Source of the DNA: Veleropilina oligotropha
Lineage: Eukaryota
NCBI GenBank assembly: GCA_048128005.1
Contig: JBEUKZ010000137.1
Span: 186,001 to 250,000, forward strand
Reading direction: 5' to 3'
DNA: 64,000 nt
The notes beneath the pieces are model-generated. The model saw only the letters and a list, made by a program, of their open reading frames with translations. It was not told where the DNA came from and ran no database searches. This document shows positions 39,801-53,944 of the stretch, piece by piece (the first letter of the stretch is position 1; each line of letters begins with the position of its first letter). Made by a program: the position numbers and the translations under genes.

Positions 39801-40404
39801 ACAATATTTAGGTTAGTTATTCTATTTATCTTTAATGCCAGATAAGAAATATATATTACAGTTATAATTGTGATTATGTGTTATGTGTTGTATTTGATCT
39901 GTTGTAATTTTAAATGTTGTAAACGGCCAGTACATGGAAGCCATATTGTAAAGGGAGCTATGAGATTATGTAATTGATTGCTAATTATGAAAACTAAGCA
40001 AATCATATATATTGGTCGAATTTAATATTATGAGTGAATGTGAATTATTGTAAATATTTTAGGAGCAAGATGAAAGTAATTATACCCAGTTGCTAGTATA
40101 CTTCGGATATTTATATTGGAAGGTTGTATATATGATATGGAATATAGTGTCTGTGATTTAGTGCGATTTGTGTTATTTTGTGATTTGTACTTTGGAACAA
40201 ATATTGAAACCAAACACTTATGTTGTAGTTGTCCAGGCGCTGATGTCAGAGTTATAATCTGTTGTCATTGGAGAATGTGAACCTTTGTTTCACCTACAGG
40301 GTATATATTATTTTATATCTTTGTACTTTTGTTTACTGTTAGCATTTGTGTTTATTTATTATATAGATTGTAATTATATTGTCGCATTTCTTGGAATTTG
40401 CGAT

Positions 40405-40666
40405 GGCTTATCCTCACTTTGCCACCAGGCTGAAAAGCAATTATCAGGGGCCGTCTGAAAGTAATTAATGTTCTGCCCATCTTCTATACATTGTCACTGT
40501 TGTGTAGAAAACTACTAAAACCTCCATGTCTTATATATTTGCATAAGTTCCCTAAAATCATCAAATTGGTCTTTAATTGCTCTCGGACATCAAATCAACT
40601 GCCATTGTTCTCCCCTCTGTATGCATGAATACACAACAATACCTGGTGGCAAAGTGAGGAGACCCC
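40405..40666. mobile_element. MITE with 8-bp TSD
   Basis: TIR core TCCTCACTTTGCCACCAGG; TSD TTTGCGAT at 40397-40404 and 40667-40674. Confidence 0.75.
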
Positions 40667-40904
40667 TTTGCGATACACATTAATGTTTTATATGCATGTG
40701 CCCAGTACAGTCATTACTAGATAAATTAATGATGGTCTTGATATTATTATCATTAGTATAAGGAAGCCATTTCCTTATAGTCTATATGAGTGCAGTATAA
40801 CATAATTTATATGTTAACATATTTATATGTTAACAATGTGATATCGTATATGCTTTTGTCTGTCATTAATTATGATGGTATATAATGTACGCTTATTTAT
40901 GATT

Positions 40905-41970
40905 GTCATAACATTCACAGTCAGTCGTTTGCTGATGACACCCAACTGCTTAAGTCGTGCCATAAGGACATGATATATCCGACAATCCACGGCATGCAGA
41001 CCTGCATTAGTGATGTGAAATTGTGGATGACACGAAACAAACTTAAACTGAATAATGAGAAAACAGATGCCATATTATTTAAGACAAAACGATGTCATCT
41101 TCCTGATCCATTTCCAGCGTCCATTCAAGTTGGAGATTCTGACATTATTTTTGCGACTACCGTAAGAAATCTTGGCGTCATGTTCTCAGACGATTGCTCC
41201 CTAGACAAACATGTATCTAGTATATGTAAGTCGGCTTTCCTCGAACTTCGTCGCCTGAGTTGTATCCGGCACTTTCTATCAACTGAAGCAACTAAAACAT
41301 TTGTATGTGCATTTGTTCTCTCTAAACTGGACTATTGCAATTCTCTCTTGGCTAATTGTCCAAAGTACATAATTGAAAAACTTCAAAAGATTCAAAACTC
41401 TGCCGCTAGACTAATTCTAAAAGCTCGGAAGCACGATAATGTCATGCCCCTGCTCCACTCTCTTCACTGGCTTCCAGTTCAGGCAACAATAGATTATAAA
41501 TTATCAACTCTGTGCCATGCTTACTTCGATCAATCACTACCTCAATATCTGTCAGATCTACTCTCGGTGTATTCCCCAGCAAGGTCTCTCCGTTCTTCTT
41601 TAGACACTCGTATTCTTTGCATTCCTGGCATGAAAACGAAATCTCTCGGAGAACGTTGTTTTTCGTTTGCTGCTCCAAGCCAATGGAACTCACTTCCTGT
41701 TGTTATTCGTTACATCGAAGACAAAGCAACTTTCAAAAGATCTCTCAAAACACACTTGTTCCGGAAACATTTCTCTTAAACTGAAAATCTCGCATCTATC
41801 AACTTTTTCATTAATTGTGTCAAGTCGGATATAAAATATGTATGTCTTGTAAATGTATATTGTTTATCATTGTCTGTTTAAGTGTTCTGATTCAATCATT
41901 GTAAAGCGCAAAGTGCTAGAATCCTTTTCCTGATCTTGCGCTATATAAATCTCTCATTATTATTATTATT
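40905..41970 (+). mobile_element. 5'-truncated L2/CR1-type LINE (RT C-terminus, ORF to 41779)
   Basis: FADDTQL, KLKLNNEKT, VRNLGV, KLDYCNSLL, LQKIQNSAAR, LHWLPV, FKRSLKTHLF; (ATT)n tail. Confidence 0.9.
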
Positions 41971-41976
41971 ATATGT

Positions 41977-42232
41977 ACTAGCTTATGGTACCCGTCTTCG
42001 CCGGGCAAGTCCCCCCACCCCAATTTTTTTTTTTTGGATAGTGCTCCCTTAAATGTTTTTTTTTTTTCCCGAATTTTCCGTTTTTTTTTCGTGGTAAACC
42101 TTCCTTGGGGGACCCCGATTAACCCCCCAAAGTTTGAAGGTCCTAGGTCAAAGCGTCTGGGAGGAGTTCAACTTGAAACAGACAGACAGACAGACACACA
42201 CACATACAATTATAGCTCCATTATATTAAGAT
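41977..42232. mobile_element. Short DINE/HINE-like element, second copy
   Basis: Near-identical to 32879-33179. Confidence 0.75.
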
Positions 42233-42850
42233 GTTTCAGGGTTCTGAAAACGTTGTATGAACCTTACCCTGAATAAAAAGAACTCAACCCCAACCATAGT
42301 GTTCGTCTATGTGATACAGATGCGACACGATACGTGTTTACATATACAGGACATTAAGCATCGATCCTTTCCTTTCTTTTCAAAACAGGAAATGTCCATA
42401 TCATGGAAGGAAAGCGCGGTCGCTCGTGGAAACCTACCCCCTCTCACCGTAATTCATGAATGAACAAATAATGTCATGCTGCAACCAAGATTCGTACCCA
42501 CTACTGTTCGCGTCAGCGTAATGGTGCAAAAATGGATGTGGGAGGCTTTTTTACAATTTTTTTACAAACTTTATTTTTACAATTTTCGTATAAACTTTTT
42601 TAACCGATATTTGTTTATGTTCCGACCTGAATATTTATGGCAGCAATGTCGTAATTTACTGGCAAACCCGCCCATGTTTGGTCCACCAGAATTGACTTCG
42701 AAAATCATCATTTTCTTCATTTTTTTACCAATAAAAATGATTGACGCATATACAAACATGTGATGCGCACAAATCTACCTACCTACTAGCCTTAGGGTAA
42801 TAAACCTTTAAATGTACGAGTATGTTTAGCAAATATATTTTATGACCCAC

Positions 42851-43090
42851 CTTCCACGGATGGGTATGCTGTCTAAGCTGCCACTTCGATTGTTGACTTG
42901 AGGCCTTGTTTTGACCTCCAGGTCGGACCAGTAGTCGGATTTCTCGTTCATACGTTCATCCAGAAACACACGGAACATGTCCGACGCTAGTACTTTCTCA
43001 TAGAACGGTATATTGTCAGCACTTTGAATTTCCATGAAGTTCTGCTTGTTAAATCTACGGAGGTCAACACGGATTTCTAGCACAACACCC
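42851..43090 (-). CDS. DENND3: DENND3-like exon, dDENN (GVVLEIRVDLRRFNKQNF...FYEKVLASDMFRVFLDER...)
   Basis: CAG acceptor, GTGGGT donor, 240 nt, phase 2/2. Confidence 0.9.
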
Positions 43091-43409
43091 CTGTAAAATC
43101 AAAATGTACATTATAAATTCAACAAGAGTGATGCAAACGTTAAATTATACTATATACTCCCTATATGTAAGTTATAGTTGTCAAATGTTTTATGGTTAAC
43201 CCTATGAGCCCTACTGTTCCAAGCGCTAAATGATATATACCTGACCTCCTGAGCAGATGCTTATGCATCTATAGCTAAAGAACGCGCAGGTGGATCGTCA
43301 TGAAATTTTGAGGATCAGTAGATATTGGTATTGTGACTCAAGATGAATACTTGTCAAATTTCCCAGATTACAGGTGAGGCAGCTAATATAATTACATGTA
43401 AACCATATA

Positions 43410-43992
43410 TTATAACTTACATAGTTTGTTAGTGACCGAATACGGATTTTACCGGGGTCAGTGGAAATTTCATATCAAATTTCCACTGACCCCAGTAAAA
43501 TCCGTATTCGGTCGCTAACAAACTATGTAAGGTATTAATCCTGTCGACGACCTGCAAATATATTATTACGTAATATTTTGAGAAACACAAATAGGTAAAT
43601 ATATTGTCACCGTCATCAACAGTCTTTATCCGGCCGCATTCCCGCTAAATCCTCGTCAATCGTAAACAACACGTCACTCGGTGTTATTGACGAGCATCTC
43701 TCTGCAGTCAACATTAATCAACTGTTTGACGACTTTTCACCACAGCAACCTAATATCTTTCAGACAAATAATCAGCGACAACTTCCAATGTTTTACGGGT
43801 GTAAAATCGACAACATCAACATTACAATAAACAAGTAATAAAATGTCCTTGAGTGACCTCGTTTTCCCGCCACATGTACTTGTTGACGTGATATGAAACG
43901 GAAGAACTAGATACGGTTATTTTACATGGTTAGCACGTGACATGATGTAACCAATGAATGGACTAGAATGTTGTCGGAGGCAGGATAATTAG
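43410..43992 (+). mobile_element. Non-autonomous Crypton-like element with a long hairpin (tentative)
   Basis: ~120-bp near-perfect palindrome at 43412-43535; inverted TAATCCTGTCGACGAC / GTTGTCGGAGGCAGGATAAT; coding relic FYGCKIDNINITINK*. Confidence 0.55.
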
Positions 43993-44479
43993 CATTATGT
44001 GCATATAAAGAATAACTATTGTGTTTAAATAATTATTATTGATGGTAGCATTGTCACAATATAACTGGATGCGATTTATGTTGTGTACATGTTTTTGTGA
44101 TATGACCTAGGGTCTGTTGTTGTTGCCATATGGCCTAGTGCCAAGTAGTGTAGGCGCGTGTTTGTAGAAGTGTGCCAGTTATGTTATGTGACAAAAAGGC
44201 TTGCTGCAAGCATTCAGCCAGGCGTGGTTCAAAAATGTTACGTAATAAACTGTGGGTATTGTCAGGAGGTGGTTTGCATGCATTATTTGCGGTGTCATTT
44301 TCAGTGATATCTTGTATAAAGGCAGGCGGATTTTTGTATCGGGGTCACCACAGTCGATCAGACTTGTCCGGGTTCCGACAGTCGTGTCCAAGGTGTCCAG
44401 AGTATACGGCATATGACCGTGCTATTGGGCGACGAGCGACAGGAGCTAGGTGTGGACACTACCAGCAACGTGGGTCTAA

Positions 44480-46460
44480 CCAGAGCCAAGGGCAACCTAA
44501 AGTCTCTGCATGCCATCGCCAACGAGCGGTCCTTTTATATCATCGTCAGATATATAGAATAGCGAGAAACGACGTGAATAATGCTATTCTGGAAGGCAAA
44601 CGAAAATTTTGCTTAGATAACATCACAGAATACAAGGAAATTGCAGTTTCATGGACTCGTTGCCCGGAAGGAAGAAATCAAGCAAATTGCCAAGCCATAC
44701 CTCTGTCAAAGAACTTGCAAAGAGCTTCAGCGATTATTTTGAGAACAAAATCCAGATTATAAGACAAGGTCTTTGTATGCCCTCTACCGATGATAATCCG
44801 GATCTCGAACTAACTTCGATATTTGAAGGAGATAAACTTGTCCAATTCGAACCTTTCTCCCAGTCTGAAGTTGAAAAGATCATAAAATCCTGCAAGCAGA
44901 CTACATGCACTATGGACCAAGTTCCATCTAGAATTGTTGTAGACTGTCTGGACATGCTCCTCCCTGTCATGACTAAGATCATTAATGAGAGTCTTGTATC
45001 TGGAACATTCCCTGACAGTTTTATGGCAGCAGTGGTTAACCCGCTCCTGAAGAAGGATAATCTCGACGCTCAAAATCTGCAAAACTATCGACCAGTGTCC
45101 AATCTATGCTTTGTGTCGAAAGTCCTCAAGAAGGCTGTCAGCATAAGATTGATTGATCACCTCACCAAACACCAACTTCTTGACAAGTTTCAATCTGCTT
45201 ACCGCCATCACTATAGCACTGAAACTGCACTGCTGAGGATTCTAAATTATCTACGTACCGCAGTTGATTCGGGAAACATGTCTTATTTAGTGCTGCTTGA
45301 TTTAAGCTCCGCCTTCGACACCATCGATCATGATAAACTCCTGCAGACGTTACAACAGATAGGCATTGACGGAACAGCACTTAGCTGGTTCTGTTCATAT
45401 CTTACAGGCAGATCACAGTCCATCCTTGTCAAGTCCGAACAGTCTGACAAAGCGCTACTCAACTGTGGAGTGCCTCAAGGTTCTGTTCTAGGTCCCATCA
45501 TGTTTCTGCTTTATATGAACCCTCTGAAAAATCTCATCGCCAAATATGACATCGCTCATCACTCTTACTCAGATGATACTCAGCTTGTTGATAAGTTCAA
45601 TCCTTCTGACATTCTTGAGTCGACTGAACAGGTTGTAAGCTGTACTCAAGAAATAAAGACATGGATGACTTCGCAAATGCTCAAACTAAACGATGCGAAA
45701 ACGGAAGTAATGATCATTGGAAGCAATCAACAACTTAATCAAATAGAATGCAACCAAGTGAAAATAGGAGAAGCCCTGATTTGCCCATCGTCATCTGTTA
45801 AGAACCTTGGTGTGTACCTTGAACCAACTCTGTCAATGGCACTTCAGGTTGATAATCTAATCAGAACTTGTTATTTCCATCTTCGTGCCATTGGCAATAT
45901 TAGGCATCAAATAACATCTGATGCTGCCCATACTCTGGTTCGAAGTTTGGTTTTATCAAGATTAGGCTTCTGCAACTGTCTCCTGTTTCGACTCTATAAC
46001 AAACAGCTTCATAAGCTCCAAAAGATTCAAAATACTGCAGCTCGGATAGTCTCTCACCAACAAGAGGCAGCACATCACTCCGGTTCTAAAGGCGCTACAT
46101 TGGCTACCAGTGAAGGCGAGAATCGAGTACAAGCTGTTATCTATTACGTACCAGAACAGCCCCTGACTACCTGTCTGACCTTGTCTCTGAGTATGCGCCA
46201 GGCAGAAGCCCCAGATCTGAGAATCAAAAATTGAAATCTTTCGGTTATCGATCGTTTGCACATGCGGCACCGACCCTCTGGAATAAGCTTCCTTTACCTC
46301 TCAAACAGTCTCCATCTCTGAACTCGTTCAAAGCATCGCTGAAAACTTTCTTATTTAGGCTGTATTACGTATAACTCGTTTATTTATATCAATGTAGTGC
46401 TATGAGCATGCATTCGTGGGTGGATATGGCGCAATACAAATGTCCATTATTATTATTATT
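44480..46460 (+). mobile_element. 5'-truncated, frameshifted L2/CR1-type LINE (RT)
   Basis: ORF 44651-46234 contains NYRPVSNL, LLDLSSAFDTIDH, GVPQGSVLGP and YSDDTQL; the C-terminus (LHWLPV, FKASLKTFLF) is in shifted frames; (ATT)n tail. Confidence 0.92.
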
Positions 46461-47110
46461 ATATCATACGCAACAAGGAAGCGGGAGTTGCGTTCAAGGA
46501 ACGAAAGCTTCGACAAGACGAGCGGTCCTTATAAATGACAAGCATGCAATTCATATTTACATATACAGTATTTACATGTGCCAGGGGACAAACCTGATCT
46601 TTATAAATTATACTGCTAAATTGGCTACTTCAAGATACAAATGCAGTTTTCAAGAATCACAGTATCTCAGTTACTTATTTTTGGCTATACAACAAATGTG
46701 GTATAAATGTAGGTTAATGGGTTGTGCATTTGCTTCACTAGTAGTATTGGTCACTACCCATTAAATATAGGTGTGCAAGGTGACAAACATCAAGCCTTTG
46801 GAGTGAACAGTCGTAAAAGTCACACGACGGTCGTGCTATTTATCGTGTGTTCTCACTAACAGACAGCAATAAGCTGACACTCTCAAGGTCACCGTAGTCG
46901 TGTGTGTAATACAATATTATATAAAACCCTGTATATATATATATAAAAACAAATTTATAGTAACATTGCAGCCGAGCAATATTGGTATCACGTCGCGTAA
47001 ATTTTGGGTTACGTAGATTTTTCAATTATCATGGCCTGACGTCGCGTAAATAGCTATAATGCAGTCATGTAGTAACCTCTCAGAATAGGTTACAAGCCAA
47101 TCTAGCCCAC

Positions 47111-47221
47111 CTGAATAAGTTGACCATCAACTCGAGGCAGTGGAACAGTATGGACGTGTTGAACTTCTGGATCCGCGTTGCTCGTATCTTCTTCTCTTCT
47201 TCAAGGTTAAAGATGGACGAC
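47111..47221 (-). CDS. DENND3: DENND3-like exon (SSIFNLEEEKIRATRIQKFNTSILFHCLELMVNLFR)
   Basis: TAG acceptor, GTGGGC donor, 111 nt, phase 2/2. Confidence 0.88.
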
Positions 47222-48056
47222 CTACAAGTGCCATTAAAATGCAAATTGTTATCAGTGAAACGACCACGTCAAAAACCTGTCACTGTAGATCAGTGAATCA
47301 ACTTTGAATGGATTTGGATTGGATCCTAATGACACATTTTAATACCTGTGGTTATATCACGACGTGCCCATAATCTCGATGAAGGTTGCCAAGGAAAACT
47401 CACCAACACCTCTCAGTTTTGGACATTTGTATCTGTTAATTAAGCAAAGTGCCCAGCCAAAGATTTAAACCCACCATTTTTAATCAGAGTAGTTAGTTTT
47501 CCCTTAAAACAATTTAAGCTCAAACTCGTAATTCTACCGTAAAGAAATTATATTTTCTAAGCTTTGGATCTTATAAATGTATATGGAAAAGTCATGAAAG
47601 AACACAATAAATAACTTTTCTTTCAGTGAATCCTTCAAAATTAAATCATTTTCATTTCAAACATTATATAATATTATAATGAAGTCCGAAAGCAAGAAAC
47701 ATCTTTAAAAATGTTTTTCTGCCAAATCCAAATATAATTTACCATACAGCCATAACAGCAATGACAGTTCATTTAAAAGGTAAATCATGAATTTAAAGTT
47801 TTATTCCTCTTCGAGCTCACATGATTACACAATCACATCATTCTCTGCTTATTGACCTGAACCACACAAAATTTCAATTATCTCTCAGAGCAATAGAGTA
47901 GCTACATGCAGGTAGCGCTGTGACATATATAACTACCAACTGGGTATCCATTCAAATCGGTTGGGTGGATTAAGGGAAATACCGAGACCTGTAGTCTACC
48001 AATTCAGCCATGACAGTAACAACTATCTGTTAAGATTTCATAAACTTTGCACATAC

Positions 48057-48235
48057 CTTTGTATATCAATGAGATCAAATTTATATTTTGTGCTTTCGCA
48101 AGCTTTCCGGAATATGTTGGCTGCCTCTTCAGGCATCACGGGTATGGTTACACTGGGCCCACTCGTAGTGTCTTCCAGGTTCGGATTCACGGATACTGTT
48201 CCATTGTCAATATTCACAACCACGAGACCTTCTAC
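48057..48235 (-). CDS. DENND3: DENND3-like exon (VEGLVVVNIDNGTV...DLIDIQR)
   Basis: CAG acceptor, GTATGT donor, 179 nt, phase 0/2. Confidence 0.9.
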
Positions 48236-48490
48236 CTGAAAATGAAAACAACAGAATGGACAATAATGTGAAATGACATTACAATTATATTAGCATGTCA
48301 TTTTGTGGAAATAAGCGTACTACAAAAAGTTCTGCAAGAATAAATTTTTGATGTTGGAAATAAAACACAAAGCACCGACGGCTATCGACGTATCTACTTT
48401 AAATATATATTTGTGCAATTCAAATTTGAATTTGTGCAGATTTGAGTAAATCGTCTCGGTTGAGCTACAATTCCAAATTTTGTATGTTAC

Positions 48491-48631
48491 CTGCTCAACT
48501 TCCTGGATGAATCGCGAGTGGCAGCCGAACATGAATGTTCCGACAGCATCCAGGAAGTCAAGGGATTTTCCAGGCAAGATAGGAACATATGTCACCCTCC
48601 AGACAAACGGCAGGATGAAATTATGAAAACA
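48491..48631 (-). CDS. DENND3: DENND3-like exon, cDENN (CFHNFILPFVWRVTYVPILPGKSLDFLDAVGTFMFGCHSRFIQEVEQ)
   Basis: DENN motif PFxW..YVPILP..LDFLDA..FxxG; 141 nt, phase 0/0. Confidence 0.92.
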
Positions 48632-51139
48632 CTGCAAAATACATTAAATTCAATCATATACGCCAATTATTGTGGTAAAAACAATATTATAAAACTAAAA
48701 CAGGCTATGGCATGCCACAAAAATGAGTATGCAGGCCAAATTATATTAATTGCTTATTAGCTAGCATGAACATAGCCAACACCAGAGCATAGATATGCAG
48801 ACAACAGCAAAAGCTAGCATACCGGTACGTGAAACAGTGTATTAACACTAAAATTTCAAGATTACAATGCCAGGTTTTGGTAAAAATGCCCAAACAAACA
48901 CTTTTACAAAAATGCGCTGTCTCGGTTTAAAATAGCATTTAGAGGTAGAATTTGAGTAAAAGTGGCTTCAAAATTACAGCTCTAGTGTTGGAAGACATTG
49001 AAATATTCATACCGGCATTTAAAACATTGTTGTGACATCATTCTATTGTCTGGCCCGTGGTTTAACTAAACATATTGTCAGTTAGACCATGGGGGACTAC
49101 TTTCTTACATTAAAATTTGATGTATTAGGTTTAATAATTTTTTAAAATTATTGTACATTTTTGAAAGGGTTTAAGTCGGTTTTATTAGTTTGAGAAGGCT
49201 GTGCAGTTGAATAACTCAGCGCTACGCACATTAAACAACAAACCTCGTGATATAACCGATATATATATAACATTCAATTATGCCAATAAATGCACGTGAT
49301 TGCAAATAGCGCATGATTGAGAAATTTTAACCAATTCTTTATAGCCAGATCGAAGTTACCTTCATTATCTAAATTACTTTAAATATTACTAAATTAAAGG
49401 TGGGGTCAGATAACAATGAAATAGTCATACCTAACATACAAAAATGGTAAAACATGCATATTATTGCATATATAGCACGATTGAAAAACTCGCATTTGCA
49501 TTGCATGCGAGCCAAAAAGTGCCTCGAGCAACCCATTTGCGTTCAAAATAAACATACACTAAAATGCATCATCCCTAATGTTAGCTAAAAGTGTTAGAAT
49601 AAGTCATGCTGGCGGCTTGGCAATCGAACCTGCGTTCTACTGTCTCTCACTTCACGTTTTTCCTATTGTGTTAAATAATGAAAATCGATAGGAGTCGGGT
49701 CCTCACAATACCAAACGTGTATATCAAATTAACTGTTCACCGTAAAGTGCACACAAGAAAAGTCTTCAACGGCGGCCATCTTGAATCGGAAATGACGAAA
49801 ATCGTAGAGCGCACACAGGAAATCTCTGTGGCCGGGGCCGCTGAATGATGACTAAACCATACCATCCCAGACTAGTGTCCGGGGATACAATAAATGAGGT
49901 TTTTAAGTAAACCTAATATTAGTATAAAACATACTTACGTCCTTACTCTTGCCATAATAGTCATATTATCGCGCCAACCGGAAACAGTGAATAAAGCACA
50001 TTTATGCACTTATTAAGTCAAAAACACCACGATCACCTCCCCTGCTCTCCCTCTCTAAGTTCCCCCGGCGAGATCTCGCCAAGTCTCGCGAGATATCCGA
50101 GCTCGAGATCACAAGACCTCAATTCAAAGTTCAGAACCCCAAAGGAACTTAGTAAGAGGGGAGGAATGCGAAAGCGCAGGGTGGGTAATCGTGGTAAGGA
50201 CGTAAGTATGTTTTATACTAATATTAGGTTTACTTAAAAACCTCATATGTAGTTACAAACATACTTACGTCCTTACTCTTGCCAGAATGACCTTGGATAG
50301 GTGGGTAAGAAGTTCCTTACAACAAACCCAAACAAGATTATGACTTACTTTTCACCATATCAATCCGCTTGAAGCGACGATTGTGTCCGCTCAGAGTGGA
50401 ATCTGCTGAGTATTATATTCTACTCTTACCAGGCGAGAATCTCGACCAGTGAAACCGGGAGAATACGCCGTGGTGTTAGCCGGACATGGTGAACGGAAGT
50501 GCAATCAGCCCCAGGCACGGCCGGAAGGATTATCCTTGTAGGTCTTACGTGTCATGGGCCAGTGGCATCCAAATGGTACTCCGGGCCATAGGCCGGTAGC
50601 CAGAGGAAGCAGTCGGATTTGTAAGCACACGGAACCTAATAGCTAGGTAGTGAAGATATCAAATCATAAGCAAAGAATTAATAGATTATTATAAATAATC
50701 GATATTAATAAGTGATTCGCATGACCAACTTGCGAAAGGCTAACATGTACAACATGTTACTTAAAATAAATTTTAAGGAAGCAAATATTAAAATTTTTCA
50801 ATGTCTTGAACATCGTATGTTCTATACAGCATAGAACATCAATAATATTGAACCTCAAAATCTTATAAGACTTTTTGCAATATAATTGTTTATTAAATTC
50901 AATGTGAACTGGCTTGTCAAAATACTCAGGTATGACATGAAAATATCAAGATCTTAAAATGTTTTTAAGAAATGAACATACATTGAATCGCCTCATAATG
51001 TGTCTATTTCATAGAACAGCTAGGCACAACAATAACATTGCGTCAGCACGAAGTATTTAATTGATTAATCAAGAAATAATACTCACTGATTAGACGACCT
51101 TTGTCTAATAATACATCGTTGAGCAGTTAGACTGCTCAA

Positions 51140-52110
51140 CCCATCAGCCCCAAGGAGTAATCCCGCAGGAAATGTTTAACAAAGACATTTCTAGAAGCAA
51201 CGCTGAGACGTTAAGCTGCGAATGCACGGACCTCGTGCGCGCGGACCGATACAAATAGTGCGGCCTACTTTTCACAGCGAGAGTAGTCTCTCACTACATG
51301 TGAAAACCACCGCGAAACAGTCGTCTTCGTAATGTCGCGGGTAAAGAAGGTAAATACGAATAAAATAGACGTAGTTTTCCCTGCCGCATATCACGGGTCC
51401 TGTCGGGGTAGTAACGTAAGGCACGCATATGACCGTGTAATCGGTCCACGCCGTAAGCTTGGGGATAACGATATCGGGTGCGTCTTCGTTCGGCCGTTGA
51501 TTCTTGGCGAGGAAACCCAAGATAGACGCCGCATCACCGACCCGTCTGACTGGAAACGAACGTCTCGTAGCTCTGCGGATAGACTATGAATTTCGGAACA
51601 ACGCCTGCCCGACGCTAAGGCGATCAGAAAAATCTGTTTTGTGCATTCAGTTCCTCATAGAGGCCGGGCCCATAGGCTCGTACGGGTAGTAGGAGAGCGT
51701 TAAGAATGAGAACGATGTTTCAGGCTGGCGGCCGTATCGTACGGGTCGGAATTTGAGTTCGAAGGATCGTTTCAAAATCGTTCGGTCGCAAGATAGGCGA
51801 ACACGGGCACGGCACTCGCGACCGTTGCCCGATAGCCTTTGACGGCGGACACTGACATTCCGCGTTCAAAGAGCGACGATAAAAACTCGATAAACTTGTT
51901 CACAGGGGGCGGAGAATATTGACCTGCCGGCTGTGACACCAATCCACGTACTTAACCCATCGGTAGTCATAAACTTTAGACGTGGAAAGCCTTCTCGATC
52001 GGTAGATGCGTAGGGCTGTAGCGTGAGAAAATCCTTTCTTAGCGAGGGATCGTTCGATAACCGCCAGGCGTGTAAACGTAAGTCGTCGGCGACGGGTGTA
52101 ATACACAACT
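51140..52110 (-). pseudogene. DIRS tyrosine recombinase (frameshifted)
   Basis: SRRLSTSKVYDYRW, FLAKNQRP, AHEVRAFAA and FVKHFLRD in shifting frames. Confidence 0.8.
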
Positions 52111-53900
52111 GCGCGTCTGCATTAACAGGTCCGGTCTTTGCGGGAGCGCTAACGGTCGATCGACGATCAGATCGAGGAGGGTCGGAAACCAAGGTTGCGT
52201 GCGATACAGGGGCGCGATTAGCGTTATCTCGCAACGTTCGTTCGATGCCTTCTTGTAGTACGAGTGTCAGGATGTACGACGGGGGGAAGGCATACGCGGA
52301 CAGATTCTCCCATGTCATTGACAACGCGTCGACCGCTAGGGCGGCCGGGTCCGGGTACGGGGAGACATACAGAGGTAGTCGGTAATTAAATTCTGTTGCA
52401 AACAGATCGACTTGGGGTTGTGACCACCGGCGACAAACGTCCCGAGCTACTCGGCTGTGTAGCGTCCACTCTGTGTGTTAATCTGTGATTTCCGAGAGAG
52501 CGAGTCCGCTCTGACATTCAGCTTTCCCGGGATGTGTCGTGCTCGTATCGTCGAGTTGAGGGACATCACTAGGCGGTGTAGGTCGATTGCTCGGTCGCAA
52601 AGGGGACGCGAGCGAGTGCCGCCCTGGTGTTGAATGTATGCGACGACAGTCGTACTGTCCGTGGCGAGCATTATATGCTTGTCGGAGATGTGACGAGAGG
52701 GACCGTACTCTAGGAAGTTGATGTGTCGTCCCTGAAGGTCCGTCGGCCATCGGCCCGATGTCTCGTAACTGTCGAGGTGACCACCCCAGCCGTCGTTCGA
52801 AGCGTCTGTGAACAGGTAAGCGTTCAGCTCTGGCGGGGATATAGGAACCGACTGGCTCGGCAAAGCAGGGTTCAACCCCACTGCTGTCGTGCGGGTAGAC
52901 CAATGCCGAAGATCGATACGATCCGTCCACTGCCCCGTCCGTTGTATCCAGCGATCTCTGAACGCCTGTTGTAACGGTCATTTGTCCATTCGACCCGTCG
53001 GTAGCAGGGTCGCTACCGACTCTATGTGCCCCAGGACAGTGGCCAGTAGTCGCGCCGTAGTTATCTCCGATGACAGGGTGTCTTGAATAACCGCGCGTAG
53101 GTTCCGTATACGTTTCTGGGTCGGTTTCGCGGTGTACCGGACCGTATCGAAGTCGACTCCGAGAAACGTAAACGTCTTGGAGGGTACGAAGCAGGATTTT
53201 GTCTTGTTGACTGAAATCCCAGTCGCTTCGTCGATGACAGGGTAAAGCTCGTAGACCGGTGGCACAGATCCTGGGACGCCCCGAGGATCAGCCAGTCGTC
53301 GAGGTACATATATACCCTGTGCCCTAGAGAGTGTAGGAAGGCTCCGAGGGCCTGTACTGTTCTCGTGAAGACATACGGGGCTGACGATAGACCGAACGGT
53401 AGGCACCTGAATGGTAGATCGTCTCCCCGTGTATAAACCGAAGGTACCGATGAGCCGTGATATGCATCGGGACATGCAGATACGTGTCGGTCAGATCGAT
53501 AGACTCTGCCCAGTCGCCCGGACGGATGGCCGCTCGTATCTTCGAGAGGGTTTCTTGCTGGAATTTCTCGGTGCGAAGATATCGGTTGACATACGAGAGA
53601 TCGAGGATCGGTCGCCAGCGGCCATCGGGTCTCGGGACCAGGAAGAAATGGCTGTAAATCCTGGTGTGCTGGGCGGCGCGGGATATATCGCTCCTTTGAG
53701 GAGTAAGTCCCGCACTGCCTGGTCTAAGACCGCTTGTTTCTCACCTTGCAGAGGGCGAGCGCGGCTTGGTGGTGGTGCCTCGGTTAGGGTCGGATGCCGG
53801 TTGAATACCAACTTGTATCCGGCACTCACGACTGAGTGGACCCAGCTGCTGTCTGTTAGGTCTAGCCACGGCTGGCTGTACGCTAACAGACACGCTTCCA
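52050..53900 (-). pseudogene. DIRS pol: RT, RNase H and methyltransferase-like domain (frameshifted)
   Basis: LLLKGAI, YLDDWLI, FTFLGVDFDT, LFTDASNDGWG, HINFLE, HIPGKLNVRADSLSR, DLFA, YAFPP. Confidence 0.88.
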
Positions 53901-53944
53901 CCGGCGGAAGCGGGCAGCTGGGATCGTCGTGTGTGCCGGCAGCC

